Shown piece by piece: positions 22,506 to 30,652 of a DNA stretch of 41,579 bases. The notes under the pieces are model-generated. The model was given only the letters and a program-made list of their open reading frames with translations. It made no database searches and was not told the origin of the DNA. The DNA is from Bacteroidia bacterium (GTDB lineage: Bacteria > Bacteroidota > Bacteroidia > NS11-12g > UBA955), in assembly GCA_044371405.1 (NCBI GenBank), contig JBILTS010000003.1, positions 1-41,579 on the forward strand, read 5' to 3'. Position numbers and translations under genes: made by a program. Each line of letters opens with the position of its first letter. The stretch's first letter is position 1.

Positions 22506-23672
22506 ATGCGTCTTAATGGAACACTTTTTGAACAATTAGATCAAATGATAAAACGTATAAGTTCCTTTCTTTTAGCCTCAGCAATACTAAGTGGGCTTTG
22601 GGCACAAATGACACCAAAAAATGAAGGTCCGAAAATAGAATTTAATGAAAAACAGCACAACTTTGGTGATATCAGAGAGGATATAAAATACGCCACCCAT
22701 CGGTTTCAATTTAAAAATGCAGGTTCGAAGGATTTATTCATCAATACAGTGCAAACAAGCTGCGGCTGCACCACGCCAGACTGGACCCGTGACACAGTTA
22801 AACCCGGACAGAGCGGCTATGTGGATGCCAAATATGAAACTATTGGCCGCATTGGCAGTTTTCAAAAAACGATTACGGTATACAGTAACGCCGTTAACTT
22901 TCCTTTTGTGCACCTTGATATTTCCGGAAATGTTCTTAAAGAAATCATTAATAAAGAACCTGAATTTACACCAGGTCAAATCATCTTCAGTCCTCCCACC
23001 ATTAACTTCAAACCTCTTTTTGACCATAAGACAGATACTCAGACATTTAGGGTAACGAATCAGACGGCATACAGTACACAATTCTCGGCCTTGGAAAATC
23101 TGCCGGCTTATTGCCAGGTAATCGGGATGCCACAGAACTTGGAACCGAATGAAAGTGCAAGGGTGAAAATAGTATTGGATGGCAGAAAGATAAATAGTTA
23201 TGGGTTTGGCGCGTTTGAAGTTGCAGTTCCTACAGACAACGTACTTTTTCCATATACCGGCTTTTATGTGGCTTATGACAGAAAACAATTTTTCCCGAAG
23301 ATGAGTGCAAAGGAGCTGGCAAAGTCTGCCAAACTAACCACAGACAAGACCGTGATTGACCTGGGGAGTGCAGAAAGCGGAGAAATCTTCAACACACAAT
23401 TCACCTTCACCAATACCGGGAAATCAGACCTAAAAATACATGAAATAACACCTCAATGTCCTTGCGTGAAAGTTGAGTTCAACAAAAACACATTAAAACC
23501 GGGAGAAAAAATGGATGTAAAGATGCGCTTTGACACCGGCATCAAGCATGGCAAGAGCACACAGACCATCGCTATTGTGTGTAACGATCCCGCACAACCT
23601 GAGCGAAACATATACCTGGTTGCGCACTTACCGGAGCGGGAAAAGCCCAAGTGTGCTACCTGTCCGAGGTAA
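22506..23672 (+). CDS. Secreted DUF1573 (Ig-like) repeat protein
   Basis: Signal peptide (possible start ATG 22545). Two clear repeats, HNFG...F.FKNAG...SCGCTTP...KPG and IDLG...FTFTNTG...QCPC...LKPG, plus a degenerate middle repeat. Confidence 0.85.
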   Translation: MRLNGTLFEQLDQMIKRISSFLLASAILSGLWAQMTPKNEGPKIEFNEKQHNFGDIREDIKYATHRFQFKNAGSKDLFINTVQTSCGCTTPDWTRDTVKPGQSGYVDAKYETIGRIGSFQKTITVYSNAVNFPFVHLDISGNVLKEIINKEPEFTPGQIIFSPPTINFKPLFDHKTDTQTFRVTNQTAYSTQFSALENLPAYCQVIGMPQNLEPNESARVKIVLDGRKINSYGFGAFEVAVPTDNVLFPYTGFYVAYDRKQFFPKMSAKELAKSAKLTTDKTVIDLGSAESGEIFNTQFTFTNTGKSDLKIHEITPQCPCVKVEFNKNTLKPGEKMDVKMRFDTGIKHGKSTQTIAIVCNDPAQPERNIYLVAHLPEREKPKCATCPR

Positions 23673-23677
23673 AGGAA

Positions 23678-24394
23678 CTATCGCAAGTTGTGGTATACGT
23701 TTTGAACATCGTCGTCTGACTCCAGCCGCTCAATAAGTTCAAGTACCTCGTTCGCCTGTGCTTCTTCCAAATCTACATAAGAGTTTGGTAAGTACTGCAA
23801 TTCTGCACTGGCGGCTTCGATGCCAAGCTCCTCGAGTCCTTTCTGCATGTTGCCAAAGTCGGTGAAACTGGTATAAACGTAGACGTCCTCCTCGTCAATG
23901 GCGAGGTCTTCGCAGCCGAAATCGATAATTTCCAGTTCAAACTCATCAAGATCTTTGCCTTTGAGCGCTGACTTAGCGATTTTAAAAACCCCTTTGCGTG
24001 TAAAAACAAAATCGAGGGAACCGGTTTTACCCATTGCGCCGTCGCATTTGTTGAAGTGCGAACGCACGTTGGCTACCGTACGTGTATTGTTATCGGTTGC
24101 AGATTCCACCAGAATGGCCACACCGTGCGGACCGTAGCCCTCATACTTAATCTCTTCGTAGCCTGCGGTATCCTTATCACTGGCACGTTTGATGGCCGCT
24201 TCTACCCTATCTTTTGGCATATTTACGCTTTTGGCATTTTGCATGGCCATGCGCAAGCGAGGATTATAATCGGGATTTACACCACCCTGCCTCACGGCGA
24301 TGGCAATTTCCTTACCGATGCGGGTGAACTGCTTCGCCATGCGGTCGAAGCGGGCAAACATTTTGTGTTTTCTTTTTTCGAATATGCGTCCCAT
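23678..24394 (-). CDS. yebC: YebC/PmpR family protein
   Basis: NPRLR, MPKDRVEAAIKRA, YEGYGPHGVA, TDNNTRT, DDDVQNVYHN. Confidence 0.96.
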   Translation of the reverse strand: MGRIFEKRKHKMFARFDRMAKQFTRIGKEIAIAVRQGGVNPDYNPRLRMAMQNAKSVNMPKDRVEAAIKRASDKDTAGYEEIKYEGYGPHGVAILVESATDNNTRTVANVRSHFNKCDGAMGKTGSLDFVFTRKGVFKIAKSALKGKDLDEFELEIIDFGCEDLAIDEEDVYVYTSFTDFGNMQKGLEELGIEAASAELQYLPNSYVDLEEAQANEVLELIERLESDDDVQNVYHNLR

Positions 24395-24403
24395 TTATGG
24401 GGG

Positions 24404-24411
24404 CAAAATTA
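24404..24411 (-). promoter_or_regulatory. -7 promoter box (TAATTTTG) for yebC
   Basis: Exact TAnnTTTG match, 9 nt before the ATG. Confidence 0.65.
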
Positions 24412-24440
24412 ATACAAGGACATAAATGGTAGTGAAAAAG

Positions 24441-24469
24441 AAAAGGGGAAACCATTTGTTTCCCCTTTT
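24441..24469 (-). terminator. Intrinsic terminator, probably the original terminator of the TonB receptor gene
   Basis: AAAAGGGGAAAC-CATTT-GTTTCCCCTTTT perfect hairpin. On the minus strand it ends in TTTTCTTTTT. Confidence 0.85.
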
Positions 24470-24479
24470 GATATGAAAA

Positions 24480-24504
24480 TGTCCCGTCCTAAAATAAGTT
24501 GACA
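24480..24504 (+). repeat. IS left inverted repeat
   Basis: TGTCCCGTCCTAAAATAAGTTGACA. Confidence 0.92.
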
Positions 24505-24521
24505 ACAATTGAACTTATTTT

Positions 24522-24914
24522 ATGAAAAGACAAATAGAGCAACGGGTCAAGCGTACCCAAAGAGATTACAGTTTAGCCTTTAAATTGCAAGTAATAGAAG
24601 CAATTGAAAAAGGCGAACTTACTTACAGGCAATCCCAGCAGAAGTATGGGATCCAAGGCAAGAGCACTGTTTTGGTTTGGTTAAGAAAATTTGGTACCTT
24701 GGACTGGTCTTTACCAAATCAACGTATTTTGAAATCAAACAAAGAAAAGACACCTGAACAACGGATAAAGGAGTTGGAAGCGGCCTTGGAGGAAGAGAAG
24801 CTTAAATCAAAGTTCCTGGATACAATGATTAACATTGCTGAGAAGCAGTATGGTTTTTCGATAAGAAAAAAGTCTTCCCCCAAACAGCAAAGCAACTCCA
24901 GCAAGCAAAAGTGA
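24522..24914 (+). CDS. IS3-family OrfA (HTH transposase N-terminal part)
   Basis: KRTQRDYSLAFKLQV...YGIQGKSTVLVWLRKFG...TPEQRIKELE. Confidence 0.9.
   Translation: MKRQIEQRVKRTQRDYSLAFKLQVIEAIEKGELTYRQSQQKYGIQGKSTVLVWLRKFGTLDWSLPNQRILKSNKEKTPEQRIKELEAALEEEKLKSKFLDTMINIAEKQYGFSIRKKSSPKQQSNSSKQK
24866..24872 (+). other. Putative programmed -1 frameshift site A-AAA-AAG
   Basis: A6G in the orfA reading phase. The -1 frame is open from here into orfB. Confidence 0.75.
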
Positions 24915-25748
24915 CGAGCCTGAGTCACTGTTGTAAACTGTTTGGGATAAGCAGACAGGCATATTATCAGCAATATAAGCGCGACCAGCAGCAATTGCAG
25001 GTTTATAATCAGGTTAAGAATATGGTTGTGGAACAACGTATTTGTATGCCTAGATTGGGTACGCGCAAATTACATTACCTTCTTCGAGATGATTTTGAAA
25101 AGAATAATCTAAAAATAGGCAGGGATAAGCTATTTAGGATTCTACGATCCGAACAGATGCTAATCAGGCCAAGAAAAACTTACACTAAAACTACTATGTC
25201 CAAACACTGGCTTAAAAAGCACCCTAACTTAGTTGTTAATGGTCAGTTTGATAAGGCCGAAGAGCGACATTACCTATGTAAAGACAAAGGACGGTAATGG
25301 TTATCTTTCATTAGTGACAGACGCGGTCAGCAGAAAAATAATGGGGCATCATCTTAGTAATGATCTAAAGACAGAAGGTGTCTTACAAGCCCTAAAAATG
25401 GCCATCAAGAAAAGGCAATACACACACCGTCTCATTCATCATTCTGATAGAGAAATACAATACTGTTCGCAAGAATACCAGAAAGAACTCCAAAGCAACA
25501 ATATTATAACTAGTATGACAGATGACTATGATTGTTACCAAAACGCCCTAGCCGAAAGAATAAATGGAATACTTAAAGATGAATTTTTAATCGATACATG
25601 TAAGGACATAGACCAGGCCCGTAAAGTGATCAAACAATCCGTCAACATTTACAATGGTTTAAGACCACACCTAAGTCTAAACTATAGAACGCCTGATTAT
25701 GTTCACAAAAAATCCCCGGCTGAACTATCAACCGAGGATTTAATTTAG
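24911..25748 (+). pseudogene. IS3-family OrfB integrase-core transposase, frameshifted near 25262
   Basis: Fragment 1 (GISRQAYY, PRLGTRKL, IGRDKLF, KHPNL) and fragment 2 (SDITY, HHSD, QNALAERINGILK, YN..RPH) are in different frames. Confidence 0.88.
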
Positions 25749-25759
25749 TTACTTTGATG

Positions 25760-25784
25760 TGTCAACTTATTTTAGGACGACACA
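25760..25784 (-). repeat. IS right inverted repeat
   Basis: Reverse complement TGTGTCGTCCTAAAATAAGTTGACA. Confidence 0.92.
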
Positions 25785-25796
25785 AAATAATGAAAT

Positions 25797-28031
25797 TTAA
25801 AAGGAAGCACTGAGAGAAAGTACCAGGTTTCTGCCGGAAGCAGAAATTCCGCTTGAGAAGGTTCGATAATTCAGATCAAGTATGTTCTCGGCCGCAAAGG
25901 ATGCTGTAATATATTTATTTACCATCCAGCTGGCTTGAACATTATAGGTTTGCCAGGCTGGTGTTTCCCCTCCCGGGGCGTATTGCGCATTATCTTCTCC
26001 ACTTGGACTGTATTCACGTTTTACTTTTCGCCCATTGAACAGCATAAATGCCTCCCATTGCCAATGATTACTAGACCAGCGCAAGCCTACTCTGCCATGG
26101 TCGGGTGCAATATGGTCTAACGGAACCCAGGCAGATTTTTCATTTATTCTGTAACGGCCAAAAGTGCTATTATAATTAATGTCGGCAAACAGGTTAGATA
26201 ACAGCTGAATTTTAGCGGCAAAATAACCTCCTGTTACATAACCAAGCGCAGAATTCCCCATTTGAAAAACAGGTGTGCGCTGACCTTCAAAATCAAATGA
26301 ATCAGAACCATTATAAACCCCGGGACCATCAACCAGCAATTGCGCAATGCGTGTGTAGTATCCACCCCACTCAAGATGAATTTTTTCACGGTTAAGCCGG
26401 AAACCCAGATCCAGGGTATTTGTACTTTCGGGCTTTAATTCTCTGTTTGGGATAACCAGTTTTCGACCCGGAATACTTTCAAACAGTTTGGTCATATCAT
26501 CCACGTTGGGATTTCTGAAGCCGGAAGCAACACTTGCCTTGAAAAACAATCCATCCCAATCCATTTTCTTGGATATTCCAAAATTATATACGGGCGCAAG
26601 CGTATTCAGTGCGGCTTCGGTGTAAGGAAGTTTCAAGAAGTTATCCGCACTAAAACGGGCGTTTAGCTCATAATAGGTGATGCGTACCCCTCCTTCTAGA
26701 ATAAAATCATTAGGCTTAATTACCAATATCGCATTTGCAAAAACAGCCGCGGATTGTGTATTGGCACCCCCGTCCGCATAGCGTGTATTTTTACTTGTTG
26801 CAGTAGCACCGGTGTTTACATTTCTGGTTGTGGCGGAAGATCGCACATTATTGTATACCCATTCAGCGCCTCCTTGCATCTGGAGTCCTTTGCTCAAATT
26901 TACCGAAAAGTCGTAATTGACGGCAGACATCCCAACCTTGTCGAGCTGCGTAAGTTCGGAGGATGCGCCAAATCTGCGGGTAACACGACCTACTTCGGTG
27001 TTTTGATGTGAAATAATGATTCGATGTCCCCAACTCCCGGATTCAGCCTTAGGAATGGTAAGGGTATACGAAAAAAAATCGCGATTTTGAGGTACATAAT
27101 CCCAGGTTGCAAACCGGAATCTGCCTGCGGACATATCTGTTAGTCGGTCATAACGAGGCACAATAGATGCCCGTGAAAGCTGCACATTCATTGTGTGAAT
27201 AAGATTCCCTGTTTTGACAGAGAGTTTGCTAAATACATCGTTCTGCCTATATGAACTCCCTCTTTGGATATAAGGATTGCTATTTAATATCATGGTATCC
27301 CTGTTATTGATTCTGCCGGCATAGTATTTACGCAGACCAAAAGTATCCCAGGCAGAAAAATGACGTTGCTGCCCCATCCTCAGATCACCAAAATTACTAT
27401 TGCTGGTGCTAAAAATCCATGCCACATTTTTACCGCCCATGGAAAAATTCACATTTGAAATCAATGCATTAGCGGCAGACTGATAACGTAAATTCGCATT
27501 GGTATTGGCAAAACCAAATTTACCCTTTCGAAATTGTGGGTCTCTTGTTTTCATATACACTACCCCACCCAGTGCATCGCTGCCAAATTGGGTAGAACCA
27601 GATCCAAAAAAGACCTCAGCCCTATCCAGCATAAACTGATCCACCGTAATTATATCTTGTAAATGCCCTGCACGGTAGGTAGCGTTATTCATTCGCACAC
27701 CGTCCACCACCAGCAATACCCGACTTGCTTCAAATCCGCGTAGTACAGGGCTTCCTCCGCCTAGCTGACTTTTTTGAACAAACACTTGCCCAGTTTGCGA
27801 TAGCACATCAGCCATTGTTCCTTGCTGTGCAAGCTGCATTTGTTTGGCCGATATTACCTCAATCTGACGGGTGGTATTGGCCCTGCTGGAGCCAAATCGC
27901 TGTGCTGATACCAGAATTTCATCTATATTTTCAAGTTCAGTACTGTCTTTATCTGTTTTTATCTGCTCATTTTGACCTTTGATTGCCGACATCAATAGTA
28001 TTAGAGCAACCAAAATTGATTGTTTTTTCAT
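25797..28031 (-). CDS. TonB-dependent outer-membrane receptor, substrate unknown
   Basis: Signal peptide, TonB-box-like EILVSA, plug motifs SPVLRG, VLLVVDGVR and GSDALGGVV, barrel motifs GFRNPN, LKPE and ENILD..Y, terminal Phe. Confidence 0.95.
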   Translation of the reverse strand: MKKQSILVALILLMSAIKGQNEQIKTDKDSTELENIDEILVSAQRFGSSRANTTRQIEVISAKQMQLAQQGTMADVLSQTGQVFVQKSQLGGGSPVLRGFEASRVLLVVDGVRMNNATYRAGHLQDIITVDQFMLDRAEVFFGSGSTQFGSDALGGVVYMKTRDPQFRKGKFGFANTNANLRYQSAANALISNVNFSMGGKNVAWIFSTSNSNFGDLRMGQQRHFSAWDTFGLRKYYAGRINNRDTMILNSNPYIQRGSSYRQNDVFSKLSVKTGNLIHTMNVQLSRASIVPRYDRLTDMSAGRFRFATWDYVPQNRDFFSYTLTIPKAESGSWGHRIIISHQNTEVGRVTRRFGASSELTQLDKVGMSAVNYDFSVNLSKGLQMQGGAEWVYNNVRSSATTRNVNTGATATSKNTRYADGGANTQSAAVFANAILVIKPNDFILEGGVRITYYELNARFSADNFLKLPYTEAALNTLAPVYNFGISKKMDWDGLFFKASVASGFRNPNVDDMTKLFESIPGRKLVIPNRELKPESTNTLDLGFRLNREKIHLEWGGYYTRIAQLLVDGPGVYNGSDSFDFEGQRTPVFQMGNSALGYVTGGYFAAKIQLLSNLFADINYNSTFGRYRINEKSAWVPLDHIAPDHGRVGLRWSSNHWQWEAFMLFNGRKVKREYSPSGEDNAQYAPGGETPAWQTYNVQASWMVNKYITASFAAENILDLNYRTFSSGISASGRNLVLSLSASF

Positions 28032-28098
28032 ATTAGCTTGTTTTTAAGTTAGTAAGTGATGAGTGTAAAAGCAATTGATCCGGAAACCGAATCGCGAG

Positions 28099-28599
28099 TT
28101 ATGAAAAAGCTACACTTACTTCCGGAGGCGGAGAAAAAACAGGAATGAATGTTTTAATTGAATTACCAATTTCGGGCAGGTTGATTTGCATTGAATCAGA
28201 AAGGGGAATACTGAGATCAAACACCTTGATTGATGCCGGAGTCTTTATCCAGTGGGTAAAACTTCCACCTTTACTACTCTCCTTTTCGGCCTGCTCTTCC
28301 AGCCATTTTTCAGTAGTATCATCAATTGCCGTTACCAGCCAGAAATCTCCCTTATCTTCAACAGAAACCAAATCATAGCGGTGGCCGTTGTAATCAAATT
28401 CCTTGTATGTGGATGCTTCAGGGTGTTGCAATTTAACCAGCCGGATTTGCTCGGCTAACAACTTTTCACATGCTTTTTCAATTTTGGAATGCATGACAGA
28501 CCTGTGAATTGTCAATGACAGACAATTAATGAGGGGAAACAACAGCAACAGCAATAAAATAATTAACAGGAGCAATTTATTTGGCCATGCGTTGCGCAT
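28099..28599 (-). CDS. Membrane-anchored hypothetical protein with C-terminal FSPPPE, candidate regulatory upstream ORF of the TonB receptor
   Basis: ATG at 28599, 6 nt after a TATTTTTG box. Leu-rich TM segment, EFDYNGHRYDLV core. Co-oriented, 67 nt upstream of the receptor. Confidence 0.8.
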   Translation of the reverse strand: MRNAWPNKLLLLIILLLLLLFPLINCLSLTIHRSVMHSKIEKACEKLLAEQIRLVKLQHPEASTYKEFDYNGHRYDLVSVEDKGDFWLVTAIDDTTEKWLEEQAEKESSKGGSFTHWIKTPASIKVFDLSIPLSDSMQINLPEIGNSIKTFIPVFSPPPEVSVAFS

Positions 28600-28605
28600 C
28601 GATTG

Positions 28606-28613
28606 CAAAAATA
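28606..28613 (-). promoter_or_regulatory. -7 promoter box (TATTTTTG) for the upstream ORF and TonB receptor
   Basis: Exact TAnnTTTG match. Confidence 0.65.
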
Positions 28614-28670
28614 AATGAAGCAACAAGAGACTCCATCACTTAATTGTAAAAACTGACCGCTACTATTTGG

Positions 28671-28678
28671 TAACTTTG
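28671..28678 (+). promoter_or_regulatory. -7 promoter box (TAACTTTG) for thiolase-truA
   Basis: Exact TAnnTTTG match, 7 nt before the ATG. Confidence 0.7.
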
Positions 28679-28685
28679 CCCCAGC

Positions 28686-29885
28686 ATGCAGGAAGTTTAT
28701 GTAATAGATGCCCTCCGCACACCGGTGGGTAAATTTGGTGGAAGCCTTGCCGGCGTTAGACCTGACGATCTGGCCGCCCATGTGATTCGGGAAATTATGT
28801 TGCGCAATCCGGGCATTGATTTTTCTCATACCGATGAGGTAATATTTGGAGCGGCCAATCAGGCTGGAGAAGACAACCGCAATGTTGCCCGCATGGCTTC
28901 GCTGCTGGCGGGATTGCCCGTTACGGTTCCCGGCTATACCGTAAACCGTTTGTGCGCCAGCGGTTTACAAAGCATCATGAACGGCTACATGGCTATCAAA
29001 TCCGGCAGTGCGGAACTGATTATTGCGGGAGGCACTGAAAGCATGACCCGCGCGCCTTTTGTAATGGCCAAAGCAGAAACCGCTTTTCAGCGCAGCACCG
29101 AAATATACGACACCACGATAGGCTGGAGATTTACAAATAAAGCGCTGGCTAGCGCGTATCACCCATACAGCATGGGCGAAACCGCTGAAAACGTGGCCGA
29201 AAAATATGGCATCAGCCGCGAAGACCAAGATGCTTTTGCATGCGGCTCACAAACCAAATGGCGGCAAGCCCATGAGGCAGGTAAATTCAAGGATGAAATT
29301 ACACCGTTCCCTGTGCCCGGTAAAAAAGGCGAAGTTCATTACTTCGAAACAGACGAACACCCTCGGCTAAGCCCTGTGGAGGTGCTGGCCACGCTAAAGC
29401 CCGCCTTTAAAAAAGACGGAACCGTTACGGCAGGAAACAGCAGTGGTATAAATGACGGTGCGGCCAGTTTGATTCTGGCATCCGGAGACGCAGTGAAACG
29501 CTACAACCTTACACCGCTGGCAAGAATAGCTGGTATCGGCGCCGCTGGTGTAGATCCTGCCATCATGGGCATCGGTCCGGTTCCTGCATCGCAGAAAGCA
29601 CTTAAACATGCCGGAATCAGCGTAAAGGACTTATCAGTCGCCGAACTTAATGAAGCTTTTGCCAGTCAGGTATTGGCCAGCATGCGGGAATTGAACATCA
29701 ATCCTGATATCGTAAACCCCAACGGCGGCAGCATTGCCATTGGTCACCCACTGGGTGCGAGCGGTGCAAGAATCAGCACCACACTTTTACACGAAATGAA
29801 AAGAAATGCCGGTGCCAGGTTTGGCTTGGCCACCATGTGTATAGGCGTGGGCCAGGGTTGCGCGGTTGTTTTTGAAAAAGCATAA
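28686..29885 (+). CDS. Acetyl-CoA C-acyltransferase (thiolase), PcaF/PaaJ-like
   Basis: NRLCASG, NEAFA, GHPLGASG, MCIGVGQG. GEDNRNVARM and TIGWRF resemble PcaF/PaaJ. Confidence 0.94.
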   Translation: MQEVYVIDALRTPVGKFGGSLAGVRPDDLAAHVIREIMLRNPGIDFSHTDEVIFGAANQAGEDNRNVARMASLLAGLPVTVPGYTVNRLCASGLQSIMNGYMAIKSGSAELIIAGGTESMTRAPFVMAKAETAFQRSTEIYDTTIGWRFTNKALASAYHPYSMGETAENVAEKYGISREDQDAFACGSQTKWRQAHEAGKFKDEITPFPVPGKKGEVHYFETDEHPRLSPVEVLATLKPAFKKDGTVTAGNSSGINDGAASLILASGDAVKRYNLTPLARIAGIGAAGVDPAIMGIGPVPASQKALKHAGISVKDLSVAELNEAFASQVLASMRELNINPDIVNPNGGSIAIGHPLGASGARISTTLLHEMKRNAGARFGLATMCIGVGQGCAVVFEKA

Positions 29886-30652
29886 TGCGTTATTTCCTAG
29901 AACTGGCCTATAACGGAGCTGCATTTGGTGGCTGGCAAAAGCAGGAAGAAGTTAGCAGTGTTCAGGCAGTACTGGAAGAAAAATTATCGCTGATTTTAAG
30001 AGAGACGACCGAAGTATATGGATGCGGAAGAACTGATACCGGCGTGCACGCTGCCTACTTTGTGGCTCATTTTGACACGCAAATCGGTGTACCTGAAAAT
30101 ATCGTCTACCGCATTAATGGAATGCTGCCAAAAAGCATAACGGTATTTCATTGCCGACCGGTGAACGAGGAAATGCATGCGCGGTTTTCCGCCACATCAC
30201 GCACATACCGGTATATCATCAGCCATTCAAAAAATCCATTTTTAACCGAAACAGCATATTTTCTCAATTTTAAACCGGATGTGCACTTGATGAACAAGGC
30301 AGCAGAATTGCTTTTACATCATACCGAATACCGCTGTTTTTGCAAGGGTAAAATGCCCGGAGACAACTATAGGTGCACGGTTACGGAAGCCATTTGGAGT
30401 GAAACTACATCAGGTTTAATGTTTACCGTAACGGCCAACCGATTCTTACGCAGCATGGTACGCAGCATGGTTGGAACCCTTTTGAAAGTTGGCTTTGGCA
30501 AAATGACCCTTGAAGAATTCGCAGGGCTGTTGCTATCCGGAAACCGAAATCTGGCGGGTAAATCTGCCCCGCCGCAAGGCCTTTACCTTGTAGATGTTGT
30601 TTATCCAGGATTTGAAAAGTCAGAAATCCTTATTCGGCCCCCAGGCGTTTGA
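29885..30652 (+). CDS. truA: tRNA pseudouridine(38-40) synthase
   Basis: AYNG..FGGWQ, GRTDTGVHA, HARFSATSRTY, FLRSMVR, APPQGLYL. Confidence 0.97.
   Translation: MRYFLELAYNGAAFGGWQKQEEVSSVQAVLEEKLSLILRETTEVYGCGRTDTGVHAAYFVAHFDTQIGVPENIVYRINGMLPKSITVFHCRPVNEEMHARFSATSRTYRYIISHSKNPFLTETAYFLNFKPDVHLMNKAAELLLHHTEYRCFCKGKMPGDNYRCTVTEAIWSETTSGLMFTVTANRFLRSMVRSMVGTLLKVGFGKMTLEEFAGLLLSGNRNLAGKSAPPQGLYLVDVVYPGFEKSEILIRPPGV

Larger units (their letters stand above)
24480..25784 (+). mobile_element. IS3-family insertion sequence, 1305 bp, transposase disrupted
   Basis: TG...CA ends, 25-bp terminal inverted repeats (23/25 identical), AAA on both flanks as a putative 3-bp target duplication, orfA (HTH) plus orfB (DDE). 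Confidence 0.95.

Noticed and set aside
28032-28098. Cobalamin or other riboswitch before the TonB receptor
   Set aside because: The gap is only 67 nt and no B12-box or other aptamer consensus is visible.
30630-30652. Convergent 23-bp overlap of truA and the giant ORF; 5-6 bp convergent gaps at 23673-23677 and 39621-39626
   Set aside because: Consistent with a compact genome; no sign of a dedicated antisense system.
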